A program made the translations under genes and the position numbers. From Acidithiobacillus sp. (GTDB taxonomy: Bacteria; Pseudomonadota; Gammaproteobacteria; Acidithiobacillales; Acidithiobacillaceae), in assembly GCF_023255755.1 (NCBI RefSeq), contig NZ_JAGDVS010000151.1, positions 1 through 57,777 on the forward strand: a stretch of DNA of 57,777 nucleotides. The letters are read 5' to 3'. Of this stretch, positions 22,154-32,128 are shown piece by piece (within the stretch, counting starts at the first letter, position 1; the number at the start of each line of letters is the position of its first letter). The notes below the pieces were generated by a model, which searched no databases, was not told the DNA's origin, and worked only from the letters and a program-made list of their open reading frames with translations.

Positions 22154-23606
22154 ACTACAGATACTCGATCCTTCCCCTGCCGCCTGGGAAAAGATTTGCC
22201 AACATCCCCTGCTGGCGCTGGGCACAGCACCCCCCTTGCAGCTTCACGCTCTCTACTATGATAGCCGTGATGGTGTCTTGCAGCGCGCCAGGCTAGCCTA
22301 CCGCGTGCGTCGGGAAGGGAAAGAGTGGGTAGCCACTCTCAAGGCCGAAGGCCAATCCGCTGGCGGATTGCATCAGCGTCCCGAATGGAACGTCACCGTT
22401 TCCTCCGCCAGAGCGGATCTTCGGGTATTTACTGACACGGATGCTGCAGCGTTACTGGCACCCTTTTTGGATTCGGCCATGCAAGTCGTTCTCGAAACCC
22501 GTTTTGAACGGCTGGAAAGTCGGGTGGATCGCGCGGATGGCAGCCAGATACTGGTCGCACTGGATCGTGGAGAAATCGTTGCCAACGGCTTGCGCGAACC
22601 GATTCTCGAAGTAGAGTTGGAGCTGGTAACAGGAGAGGCTGCCTCGGTATTGGAGATGGGCGCGGAGCTGTGCCGTGATCTGCCACTGCTGCCCGATGGG
22701 GAGAGCAAGATGTTCCGGGGCTTGCGTCTCGCCGGACTGATACCGGCCGATGCCAGTGCGATGCGGGACAAAACGCCACCGCTACGCCACCACGAAAACG
22801 CCGGGAAGGCACTCAGCCGCCTGCTGATCCAGCAAATTCAGCAGGCACTCACCGCCGCCAGACAGCATTGGGCTGGCAACAGCCCGGAAACCTTTCATCA
22901 GTTGCGCAAAACCGTCCGCAGCTTGCGCGCCCTGCTGCGTTTCTGCCGAACCCTGGATCCTGACAAGCGTCTCGGCGGTGCCCGTCAGGAATTGGCGGAC
23001 TGGTTTCATCAGCAAAATATACGGCGTGACCATGAAGTACTCGCCACTTATTGGGAGGCATTGGCCACCGAAACAGGCACCGAGATAACCCCCCTGCGCA
23101 GATGGCTAAGCGCCCAAGCCGAGACCACGCATGCACAGCTCGGCCAGGTCGCCGCCGCGATCCTGAAGCTTTGGGCACTGCTGCTGCGCGCAGCGCTACA
23201 CAGTGACCAGGACTTACAGGACTACGTGGAAATGCATTTGCGACGTCAGGATCGCCGATTAATGGCTGCGGGAGATGCGGCCAAGACTGCCGCCAGCTTT
23301 CACGCCTTGCGCATTCGCATCAAGAACTGGCGCTATGTGATTCTGGTACTTGGCGATATGTGGCCCAGCAAAGACAGCAAAGCACTACTCAAAATGCTTT
23401 CCGCCTTGCAGGAAATCTCTGGTGCTGTACATGATGCCGACATGGCAGGACAGCATCTGGCGGGGCTGGCTACCAGCCGCAAGCACGGACTCGCCTTTAG
23501 TGCGGGGATGCTGATGGGCTATCTCCATGCCCGCGAGAGCAGACAACGCAAAAAATTCTCCAAGTATTGGGAGCGGCTGGAGAACACCCCACGGCCGTGG
23601 GGCTAA
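22137..23606 (+). CDS. CYTH (triphosphate tunnel) + CHAD domain protein, YgiF-like
   Basis: N-terminal ExExK (EQELK), EVELEL; CHAD motifs HQLRKTVRSLR, HALRIRIKNWRY, LQEISGAVHD. Confidence 0.9.
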   Translation: MEQELKLQILDPSPAAWEKICQHPLLALGTAPPLQLHALYYDSRDGVLQRARLAYRVRREGKEWVATLKAEGQSAGGLHQRPEWNVTVSSARADLRVFTDTDAAALLAPFLDSAMQVVLETRFERLESRVDRADGSQILVALDRGEIVANGLREPILEVELELVTGEAASVLEMGAELCRDLPLLPDGESKMFRGLRLAGLIPADASAMRDKTPPLRHHENAGKALSRLLIQQIQQALTAARQHWAGNSPETFHQLRKTVRSLRALLRFCRTLDPDKRLGGARQELADWFHQQNIRRDHEVLATYWEALATETGTEITPLRRWLSAQAETTHAQLGQVAAAILKLWALLLRAALHSDQDLQDYVEMHLRRQDRRLMAAGDAAKTAASFHALRIRIKNWRYVILVLGDMWPSKDSKALLKMLSALQEISGAVHDADMAGQHLAGLATSRKHGLAFSAGMLMGYLHARESRQRKKFSKYWERLENTPRPWG

Positions 23607-23618
23607 CTCCCTCAGTAT

Positions 23619-23960
23619 TTAATCCAGCCCATCCCGCTTGCGTTCGATCATATGACTAATCAAGGCAATTTCGTGGGCCAGGCAATATTGCGGCTCGGTC
23701 ACTGCCCACTCGCGCGCTTGTTCACGATCATAGGAACCCGCGTCGCACACCTGCTCCAGTTGCTGACAGTTCATACTCTCACTCAAGAAACCAGCCACCT
23801 CGGCGATCTGATTATTACCCAGAGCGCTGACCGCCTCGCCGAGCGTAAGATTCGCCTTGCCACTTAACTGCTCCGCAACCGCAATAGTCGCGGCATCCAG
23901 GCCTTTTTCCTGTTGCAGGGTGAGCGCTCTGGCGAGGGCGCGTTGACGATCTATAGCCAT
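23619..23960 (-). CDS. Hypothetical helical protein (113 aa)
   Basis: AAGGAG RBS before ATG 23960; fills the gap downstream of pepN; no family recognised. Confidence 0.7.
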   Translation of the reverse strand: MAIDRQRALARALTLQQEKGLDAATIAVAEQLSGKANLTLGEAVSALGNNQIAEVAGFLSESMNCQQLEQVCDAGSYDREQAREWAVTEPQYCLAHEIALISHMIERKRDGLD

Positions 23961-23995
23961 ATTTTCAGTCTCCTTGGGAGTTATGGTGAATATAT

Positions 23996-26623
23996 TCAAT
24001 CTTTACCGGGATGGGAACGCTGTATGACTTCTGCCAGATCGCGGGAAAGCCCGGGCTTGCTAGCCAGCATTTTCAAGGCTGCACCCATCGCCTGCTGACG
24101 GGGGGCATCATAGCGCTGCCAGCGGCTGAGGGGCGTCGCCAGGCGCGCCGCCGTCTGCGGGTTAAGGTCATCCAGACGGCGGATTTGCTCGGCATAGAAG
24201 GTATAACCGGAACCGTCCGCTGCATGGAAAACCGTGGGATTAGCGGCAAAAGCACCGAGTATTGCACGCACCCGGTTGGGCACCCGCCAGTCGAAAGCGG
24301 GATGCACCAGCAGATGTTCTGCCTGACGCAAGGTTTGAGGACGTGGCGCGGCAGCTTGTACGGCAAACCACTTATCAATTACCAGCGGGTATTCGTGCCA
24401 CTTTCGGTAAAAGTCGAGCAGGATATCCTCGGCGTCATGGTGCGGGTGTTGCGCCAGCAACTGGAACGCCGCCAACCGGTCGGTCATGTTGTCGGCCTGC
24501 GCATATTGCTGGCGAGCGTGCAGGGTCATCTCCTCATGGCTGCCGCTCTCACTAGCGATGAGGTAACTCAGGGCCAGATTGCGCAGACGTCGGCGGCCGA
24601 TAGACAACCCGTCGCGCTGATAGACGGCGGCAAGATCGTGATACAGGCCCATCCATTCATTCGCGAACTGCGCGCCAATGGCACGCATCAGCCCGTCACG
24701 GGCACGGTGGATGGCCTCAACGGCGACTACCGGCATCTGTTCGCCGATGTAATCCTCACTGGGGAGAGCCAGCAGTTCGGCGCGGAAGGCAGGGTCCGCC
24801 TGACGGTCAGCCAACGTTGCCGCAATAACGTTCCGTAAGGCGCCTGGTAATGGGGTGGTCGCTGAATCCGCCACGGCGGCGAGTAAGGCTTTTACGGCGA
24901 GGTCCTGAGTGCTCTCCCAGCGATTGAAGGGATCGTCGTCGTGGCGCGCCAGAAAACTGCGGGCCTCGTCATCCAGGGGGTCCTGCAGACGCACCGGGGC
25001 GGAGAAACCGCGCAGAATGGAGGGGATCACCGGATCAGGCAAGTTCGCAAAGACCCATGACTGCTCCGACTGCTCCAGCAATAACACGGTTTCGGAGGTG
25101 CCCACGACACTATCCAGAGGCACTCGTTGCCCCTGCGTGTTGAGCAGTGCGATACGTACCGGGATCGGCACTGGTTCCTTAACGGGCTGACCGGGGGTTG
25201 CCGGGGTTTCCTGGTGCAAGGTGAGAGTATAGCTGTGCCGGGCGGGATCGTAGCTGCCGACGGCCCGTAAAACGGGTGTTCCCGCCTGGCTATACCAACG
25301 GCGAAAAGCGGAAAAATCGCGTTGGTTAGCATCCTCCATGGCGGCAACAAAGTCTTCGATAGTAACCGCATGACCGTCGTGACGCTCGAAGTAGAGATCC
25401 ATTCCCTGCCGAAATTGCGCCTTACCGAGCAGGGTATGAATCATCCGCACCAGTTCAGCGCCCTTTTCATAGACCGTGGCGGTGTAGAAATTGTTGATCT
25501 CGGAGTAGGCATCGGGCCGCACCGGATGGGCGAGCGGGCCAGCGTCTTCCGGGAACTGGGCGGCACGCAGGCGGCGCACATCGCCAATGCGCTGGACACC
25601 GCGGGAATTCTGGTCGGCGCTGAACTCCTGATCGCGAAACACGGTCAGGCCTTCCTTGAGGCTCAACTGAAACCAGTCACGCAAAGTCACCCGGTTGCCG
25701 GTCCAGTTGTGGAAATATTCGTGGGCAATGACCGACTCAATGCCCTGATAGTCGCTGTCCGTAGCGGTCTCCGGGCTGGCGAGCACATATTTAGCATTAA
25801 AAATGTTGAGGCCTTTGTTCTCCATCGCGCCCATATTGAAGCTGTCGGTAGCGACAATCATGTAGCGGTCCAGATCGTATTCCCGGCCATAAACTTCTTC
25901 GTCCCAGCGCATGGCGCGCTTGAGGCTGTCCATGGCCTGGGCGCAGGCGCCGGTGTCACGTTCGTCCACGTAGATTTCCAGGGTCACGTCCCGGCCGGAA
26001 GCGGTACGGTACTGATCGCGGACCACCGCCAGATCACCGGCCACCATGGCGAAGAGATAGGCCGGCTTGGGATAGGGGTCTTCCCACCGGGCCCAGTGCC
26101 AGCCGCCCTCCTCATCGCCTGTGGCCATACAGTTGCCATTGGCGAGCAACACCGGGCAACTGTTTTGCGGGGCGTGCAGAGTAACCGTGAAGCGGGCGAG
26201 GCAGTCAGGACGATCCAGATAATAGGTGATGCGCCGAAAACCCTCTGCCTCACATTGGGTCAGGAACTGCCCGCCCGCATGGTAGAGTCCGGAAAGAGAG
26301 GTGTTAGCCGTAGGATGAATGCGCGCCCGGCTCTCCAGAATGAAAGCTTCCGGAGGATTCAGCAACAACAAACCAGCATCGGTCTGTCGATACTCGCTTT
26401 CTGCCAGCACTTGGCCATCCCGTTGGAGGTTCAACAACTCCAGAGACTCACCGTCCAGATGCAATTCGGTAACCGGCGCCGGTGCGGTGCGTTGAAAATG
26501 GAGGCGGGCATATACCTCGGTATTTTCCGGATCCAGGCGCAAATCCAGAACGATTTCGGAGATTTGATAGCTGGGCGCTTGATAGTCACCACGCCGAATG
26601 ACCGCCGCTTTCGATCCCGACAT
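23996..26623 (-). CDS. pepN: Aminopeptidase N (M1 family)
   Basis: GAMENKG, HEYFHNWTGNRVT..LKEGLT, NNFYTATVYEKG, PNRVRA. Confidence 0.98.
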   Translation of the reverse strand: MSGSKAAVIRRGDYQAPSYQISEIVLDLRLDPENTEVYARLHFQRTAPAPVTELHLDGESLELLNLQRDGQVLAESEYRQTDAGLLLLNPPEAFILESRARIHPTANTSLSGLYHAGGQFLTQCEAEGFRRITYYLDRPDCLARFTVTLHAPQNSCPVLLANGNCMATGDEEGGWHWARWEDPYPKPAYLFAMVAGDLAVVRDQYRTASGRDVTLEIYVDERDTGACAQAMDSLKRAMRWDEEVYGREYDLDRYMIVATDSFNMGAMENKGLNIFNAKYVLASPETATDSDYQGIESVIAHEYFHNWTGNRVTLRDWFQLSLKEGLTVFRDQEFSADQNSRGVQRIGDVRRLRAAQFPEDAGPLAHPVRPDAYSEINNFYTATVYEKGAELVRMIHTLLGKAQFRQGMDLYFERHDGHAVTIEDFVAAMEDANQRDFSAFRRWYSQAGTPVLRAVGSYDPARHSYTLTLHQETPATPGQPVKEPVPIPVRIALLNTQGQRVPLDSVVGTSETVLLLEQSEQSWVFANLPDPVIPSILRGFSAPVRLQDPLDDEARSFLARHDDDPFNRWESTQDLAVKALLAAVADSATTPLPGALRNVIAATLADRQADPAFRAELLALPSEDYIGEQMPVVAVEAIHRARDGLMRAIGAQFANEWMGLYHDLAAVYQRDGLSIGRRRLRNLALSYLIASESGSHEEMTLHARQQYAQADNMTDRLAAFQLLAQHPHHDAEDILLDFYRKWHEYPLVIDKWFAVQAAAPRPQTLRQAEHLLVHPAFDWRVPNRVRAILGAFAANPTVFHAADGSGYTFYAEQIRRLDDLNPQTAARLATPLSRWQRYDAPRQQAMGAALKMLASKPGLSRDLAEVIQRSHPGKD

Positions 26624-26625
26624 AT

Positions 26626-27477
26626 TCACTTCCGGCACGCTCCATTTTGCAGATTACCGATATGCGCAACAAAATCCTTGAAACTTTCTTTGTCCAGGCC
26701 GTGTACCAAGGTCGGCTCACCCTTTTGATTACAGTAGATCAGGGTGGGGGTAGCCATTTCACCGCTCTCGCCCAACAGCCTGGTATTATTTTCTACCGCG
26801 CTGAGGGTGGCGGCGGCAGGATTTTGCGCCGGTGCAATCCCCCCCTCTTCCGTCACCGTATCAAAGCCCTTTTCGTTCTCCGCCATAGCGGCAGCAGGGT
26901 CCGTGGCACCAAGAATGGCCGCGGCTTTCGGTGCGCTGCTCGGCTTGAGAAAAGCCACTACCACATAACGCACCCTGAGCTTGCCGGCTTCAATCAGCGC
27001 TTTGGCCTCTTCATAGAACTTATGGCAGAAAATGCAGTTAGGATCGACAAAAGCGGTAATCTCCGGCCCGCTGGTGCCCAGCACAAAGCTAGCGGCATGA
27101 GCAGCTTTCCCGGCCATGGTCGCCGCACTCGTCGGCTTGGGAATTAGGCCGAGTTTCATCATCGCCGCGTGCGCCTCATCCTCACCTTGCGTATTCAGGA
27201 CCGGGCCGGCAACCAGATATTTGCCATCCGCGGTGGCAAAGGCAACGGTCGGATGTCCCTGCAGAGTCGCTTCGATCCCCGTTAATCCACCGGGGCCCGG
27301 GAACACCTTCTCGGCCTTGGCCTGCCCATGGGTCACGGATTCCAGCAAGCTTGCCGCAGCGCCGAGGCTGACTCCCGCTCCCATATCGGGCATTACCGCA
27401 AAACGTTCCACGACGGCGCCGGTAAGGCCTCCGATGATAAGAAGGCCTGCGGCCAACGCGATGGATTTTTTCTCCAT
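26626..27477 (-). CDS. DsbG/DsbC-like thiol:disulfide interchange protein
   Basis: N-terminal signal or anchor, DPNCIFC CxxC motif, ATPT cis-Pro loop. Confidence 0.85.
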   Translation of the reverse strand: MEKKSIALAAGLLIIGGLTGAVVERFAVMPDMGAGVSLGAAASLLESVTHGQAKAEKVFPGPGGLTGIEATLQGHPTVAFATADGKYLVAGPVLNTQGEDEAHAAMMKLGLIPKPTSAATMAGKAAHAASFVLGTSGPEITAFVDPNCIFCHKFYEEAKALIEAGKLRVRYVVVAFLKPSSAPKAAAILGATDPAAAMAENEKGFDTVTEEGGIAPAQNPAAATLSAVENNTRLLGESGEMATPTLIYCNQKGEPTLVHGLDKESFKDFVAHIGNLQNGACRK

Positions 27478-27669
27478 GAGTGAATGCTGTCCTTATGTTT
27501 TGGTGGGATGTAACAACAACATGCTGGGATTCTAAACCGGTGCCCATGGTAAAAGCCAGACGACCCCGTCCTGGTAAAGCCGCCCTGATCAGAGAGACCG
27601 TGTATCCACCCTTTGTTTCCCATCAGAATAAATGATGCCGGAGCGCCCCCGCTGATTATGGTAGCGGGA

Positions 27670-30600
27670 CTAATGAAAATCCCGGGAGCGTGTACTCAGT
27701 GTACCCAGCCAGGGACTGAGGTCCTCCATGGCGTCAGCGATAAAATGAAGACTGGCACCCTGGCGCTCCAGCCGGCCGCCGATACCCAGCAGGCGGCCCT
27801 GCAGCAGCGGTCGCCGCCAGCCTTCGACCCTTTGCGGCCAGACGATGACATTGATCATACCGGACTCGTCTTCCAGGGTCAGGAATACCGTACCGTGGGC
27901 TGTACCGGGACGCTGCCGGTGGGTGACCAGACCGGCGAGACGATCCGGGCGGCCGTGGTGCTGCATGCGCACCTCGGCGATACTGCGATAGCCACTTTGG
28001 CCGAGCCGCGTGCGCAGAAAATGCAGGGGATGGGGACCGAGGCTCAGACCCAGTTGCTGATAGTCGGCAACACAGGCGGCGGCAGACGTTTCGACGGGGA
28101 GGGCGGGTGCCTGCTCCGGTACGACCGGCATTGGCAATACAGTGGGTGCGGGCAGACTGCCCTGCACCGCCCACAGGGCCTGATGACGGTCCCCCTGCAT
28201 GCTGGACAAAGCCCCTGCACGTGCCAGTCTGTCCAAGGTGATGGCGGACAGGTCAAGGCTATGACGAAGTACTTCGCTGTGCAGTGCACCGCCCTGCGCT
28301 CGCCAATGCAGGAGTTTTTCTGCCTCTTTGGGAGACAGGCCTTTGATCAGACAAAGCCCCAGACGCAGCACGCCATCCTGCACCTTACAGTCCCAGTCGC
28401 TGTGGCAGATATCCACGGACAATACCTCAACGCCACGGCGGCGGGCCTCCTGCACAATCTGGGCGGGGGCATAAAAACCCATGGGCTGGCTGTTCAACAG
28501 CGCGGCGGTGAATATGGCCGGATGGTGGCACTTGATCCAGGCAGAGGCGTAAACCAGCAGGGCAAAGCTCGCGGCATGGGATTCGGGAAAACCATATTCA
28601 GCGAAACCTTGAATCTGTCGGCAAAGGCGCTGGGCGAAGGCCTCGGAATAACCATGTTGACGGAGGCCACTGATGAGGCGGTCGCTGTAAGGGCCAAGAT
28701 GCCCCTTACGTCGCCAGGCCGCCATGGCCCGGCGCAGGCCATCGGCCTCGTCGCCACTGAAACCGGCGGCCTCGATGGCGATCTGCATCACCTGCTCCTG
28801 AAAAATAGGGATTCCCAGGGTGCGCTCCAACACTTTTTTTACTTCCGGGCCGGGATAGCGCACCGGCTCCAGCCCCTGGCGGCGGCGCAGATAGGGATGC
28901 ACCATATCGCCCTGGATAGGGCCGGGGCGGATGATGGCGACTTCGATCACCAGATCGTAAAAACAGCGGGGTTTGAGGCGCGGCAACATGCTCATCTGTG
29001 CCCGCGATTCCACCTGAAAGACGCCCAGGCTCTCACCGCGCTGGAGCATGGCGTAGGTAGCCGGGTCTTCGGCGGGAATATCGGCCAGGGTCAGATGCAG
29101 AAGGCTCAGGGCGCGGCGGAGCACACTCAGCATCCCCAGCGCGAGTATATCGACCTTGAGGATACCAAGGACGTCGAGATCGTCCTTGTCCCACTGAATC
29201 ACCGTGCGCTCTGCCATGGCGGCGGGTTCGATGGGTACCAGGGCATTGAGGGGAGTCGCAGAGAGCACCATACCGCCGACATGCTGGGAGAGATGACGCG
29301 GGAAGCCGACCAGTGCATTGACCACGGTGATCAGGCACTGGATGGTCGGGCTGGTGGGGTCGAAGCCCTGCTCCTGCAAACGCTCCGGGCGAATCTGGTG
29401 ACCATCCCACCAAGCCAGACCTTGGGTGAGGCGCTGAATCTCGACCGGCGCAAAACCGAGGGCACGGGCGGCATCGCGCATGGCGCTGCGCGGCCGGTAG
29501 TGGATGATGGTGGCGGTCAGCGCGGCATGGTCCCGCCCGTAGTGCTGAAACACGTACTGGATGACTTCTTCGCGGCGCTCATGCTCGAAATCCACGTCAA
29601 TATCCGGCGGCTCGCGGCGGTCGCGGGAAATGAAGCGCGCGAAAAGCAGTTGCATCCGGCTGGGATCGACTTCCGTAATGCCGAGGGCATAGCAAATGAC
29701 CGAATTGGCCGCCGAGCCCCGGCCCTGGCAGAGGATACCGCGCCCCTTGGCGAACCGAACGATATCGTGGACGGTCAGGAAATAGCCGGCGTAATCCAGT
29801 TCCCGCACCAGTGCCAGTTCCTCCTCCATTTGCGCAGCGACCGCCGCGGCAATGCCTTCGGGATAACGCCGTTGCAGGCCTTGCCTGGCCAGTTCGGCGA
29901 GATAATCATCCCGCTGCTGGCCTGCGGGACAAGTGCCATCGGGGTAGCGATAAACGAGACTATCTAAAGAAAACTGACAACGCTCTGCCACCCGCAGGGT
30001 TTCGGCCAGCAGCTCTGGGGGGTAAAGTTCTGCCAGTACGGGGCGCGGGCGCAGGTGACGCTCACCATTGCGGGCCAGTGCCCAGCCCAGATCTGCCAGC
30101 GGACGCCGCAGGCGGATGGCAGTGAGCACATCCTGCAAAAAACGACGGCTGCGCCGGTCCATGTGGACATCCCCGCAAGCCAGACAGGGAATATCCAGCG
30201 CCCTGCCCTGCTCCAGCCCCCCCCGAAGTTGCACCGTATCGTCGCCGCTACGCAATAGTTCGACGCCGAGCCAGACATTTCCAGCGCCAAGATAATCCCT
30301 TACGGCGATGGTGCCGGCAGTATCAAAGCGCAGGCCTTGCGGACCGGGGAGAATGATGGCCAGACAACCCGCAAGTCCTTGCAAGTCCGCCAGCAGGGCC
30401 TGATACCTGCCTTTTTCCGCCCGTCCCCGGACGCGGGTGATGAAGCGGGATAGCGCGGCGTAACCGTCACCATCCCGCACCAGCAAGACGATGCGCGGGC
30501 CATCGGCCAGGGCGATTTCACTGCCCAGTATCAACGGAAAACCGATACTGCAGGCATGGCTATGGGCCCGCGCCGCACTGCTCAGGGAGCATTCCTCGGT

Positions 30601-30726
30601 AATGGCGAGGGCGCGATATTCCAAAGCTTGGGCGCGGTCCAGCAGGTCTTCCACGGTGCTGGCGCCCCGCAAAAAACTCAGTGCGCTCAGACAGTGGAGT
30701 TCGACATACTCAGGCAAAGTAGCCAT
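27670..30726 (-). CDS. dnaE2: Error-prone DNA polymerase DnaE2 (ImuC)
   Basis: YVELHCLS PHP start, GRGSAANS, PDIDVDFE, GFPESHAASFA, C-terminal SRDFH; start set at MATLPEY. Confidence 0.97.
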   Translation of the reverse strand: MATLPEYVELHCLSALSFLRGASTVEDLLDRAQALEYRALAITEECSLSSAARAHSHACSIGFPLILGSEIALADGPRIVLLVRDGDGYAALSRFITRVRGRAEKGRYQALLADLQGLAGCLAIILPGPQGLRFDTAGTIAVRDYLGAGNVWLGVELLRSGDDTVQLRGGLEQGRALDIPCLACGDVHMDRRSRRFLQDVLTAIRLRRPLADLGWALARNGERHLRPRPVLAELYPPELLAETLRVAERCQFSLDSLVYRYPDGTCPAGQQRDDYLAELARQGLQRRYPEGIAAAVAAQMEEELALVRELDYAGYFLTVHDIVRFAKGRGILCQGRGSAANSVICYALGITEVDPSRMQLLFARFISRDRREPPDIDVDFEHERREEVIQYVFQHYGRDHAALTATIIHYRPRSAMRDAARALGFAPVEIQRLTQGLAWWDGHQIRPERLQEQGFDPTSPTIQCLITVVNALVGFPRHLSQHVGGMVLSATPLNALVPIEPAAMAERTVIQWDKDDLDVLGILKVDILALGMLSVLRRALSLLHLTLADIPAEDPATYAMLQRGESLGVFQVESRAQMSMLPRLKPRCFYDLVIEVAIIRPGPIQGDMVHPYLRRRQGLEPVRYPGPEVKKVLERTLGIPIFQEQVMQIAIEAAGFSGDEADGLRRAMAAWRRKGHLGPYSDRLISGLRQHGYSEAFAQRLCRQIQGFAEYGFPESHAASFALLVYASAWIKCHHPAIFTAALLNSQPMGFYAPAQIVQEARRRGVEVLSVDICHSDWDCKVQDGVLRLGLCLIKGLSPKEAEKLLHWRAQGGALHSEVLRHSLDLSAITLDRLARAGALSSMQGDRHQALWAVQGSLPAPTVLPMPVVPEQAPALPVETSAAACVADYQQLGLSLGPHPLHFLRTRLGQSGYRSIAEVRMQHHGRPDRLAGLVTHRQRPGTAHGTVFLTLEDESGMINVIVWPQRVEGWRRPLLQGRLLGIGGRLERQGASLHFIADAMEDLSPWLGTLSTRSRDFH

Positions 30727-32122
30727 GCACATAGAAACGCGCCTGACGCCGGTCCCGATAGACCCAGCACTGGACCCCGGCAGGATGCCGCCAGCGGAAG
30801 TAATCCCGGCTCTGATCCCGGCCATCCCACCAGCCGCCTTCAATGCGCTCCACCTGCGCGGGCAGATGTAACGATGGTGCAGTGAGTGACCGTGCCTGCG
30901 CCAGCAACCAGAGGGGACGAGCGGGGTTGGCCTCCCCCTGCCCCGCTCCCGGCGGCACCCTCTGCCAAGCATAATCCGGGCGATGATCCGCGACTCCGGC
31001 GATGGCATGCACCGCGACAGCACCCAGACGCTGGCGTAGTTGCTCCACCAACTGCCAGCACGCCTCCTCTGCGCCATCCTGCCACCAGGCTACCTGTCGC
31101 CCCGACCAGTGTTGCGGCGCCAGTGCCTGCAAGCGCAGGGTATGCACAGCAAAATCCAGGGGCTGTTGTTGCAGCCGCCATTGCCAGAGCGTCAACAGCA
31201 TCTCCACATCCGTGGCGGGATCGCGCACTTCCAGCGTGGAGGACCATTGCCGTCCCCGGCCCTGCAACTGCAGCAGCCAGGAGCGGCTGGCCTGCGCCTG
31301 CGTTCTGAGCAGGAGATGAATATCCTGCAAAGCGCGGTGCAGGGCGAAGCGCAGACCCTCCCAGTGGCTGATTTCACTGTGCAGGGGGATAGAAGCTTCC
31401 AGATCCGCCGGGAAGGACAGTGCGGAACGCGGATCACTTACCCTGCCGCTCAGACGATCCAGCACACGCAAAGGTTCGGGACCAAAGCGTCTGGCCAAGT
31501 CCGCGCGGTCCAGGGCCTGAAGTTGGGCGCAATGGCGAACACCCAAGGCCAGCAGGGCCGCACGGGTGGTGGCGGCGCAAGGCAGCAGAGTTATGGGGAT
31601 TTGTGGCCAGAGCAGCGCCCAGTCGACGGCCCCCGGGCAAAAGCTGGAGCCCGGACCGGCTCCTTGCCATTGCGCCAGCAAGGCGGCACCCAGGGGTGTC
31701 GGAGCCACCCCGGCACTAACACTCAGCCGCGTCGCAACAGCCCATGCCGCCACGTCCTCCAATAGTGCCCTGCCCTGCTGCAAGCGGGTGTTACCGGTGA
31801 TCTCCACCGCCAGTGTGGGTGAAATTTCCTCCAGTAGCACCACCTGTGGCGCCAGGCTATAAAGCAGCCTGGCCCAGTGGCTGAGCGCCTGTGCCTCTAA
31901 ATCCGGATCACGGGTGCAGAGCTGCAGTTCCGGGAGCATGGCCAGGGCCCGCGCCGTCGTCATGCCAGTCCGCAAGCCCGCCTGAAGCGCTATCGCGTTG
32001 ACCTGCAACAAGGTCCCAGCACTGCCCTGCGCGTCCACCATCGCCAGCGCGACTGCTTCTGCCTGCGCCCGCTCCCGAAGCTCCACACCCAAATGCGGGA
32101 ACTGTACCGCCAGCCAGGGCAT
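30710..32122 (-). CDS. imuB: ImuB, inactive Y-family polymerase
   Basis: Y-family-like N-terminus, RPLWLL and ERIEGGWWD..RDYF C-terminal motifs; cassette context. Confidence 0.92.
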   Translation of the reverse strand: MPWLAVQFPHLGVELRERAQAEAVALAMVDAQGSAGTLLQVNAIALQAGLRTGMTTARALAMLPELQLCTRDPDLEAQALSHWARLLYSLAPQVVLLEEISPTLAVEITGNTRLQQGRALLEDVAAWAVATRLSVSAGVAPTPLGAALLAQWQGAGPGSSFCPGAVDWALLWPQIPITLLPCAATTRAALLALGVRHCAQLQALDRADLARRFGPEPLRVLDRLSGRVSDPRSALSFPADLEASIPLHSEISHWEGLRFALHRALQDIHLLLRTQAQASRSWLLQLQGRGRQWSSTLEVRDPATDVEMLLTLWQWRLQQQPLDFAVHTLRLQALAPQHWSGRQVAWWQDGAEEACWQLVEQLRQRLGAVAVHAIAGVADHRPDYAWQRVPPGAGQGEANPARPLWLLAQARSLTAPSLHLPAQVERIEGGWWDGRDQSRDYFRWRHPAGVQCWVYRDRRQARFYVHGYFA

Positions 32123-32128
32123 GTGATC

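Noticed and set aside
27613-29967. 784-aa plus-strand ORF
   Set aside because: Antisense shadow of dnaE2 in GC-rich DNA; no recognisable motifs
30727-31077. 117-aa N-terminal extension of DnaE2 in the ORF track
   Set aside because: It overlaps the conserved ImuB C-terminus; the PHP domain begins at MATLPEYVELHC
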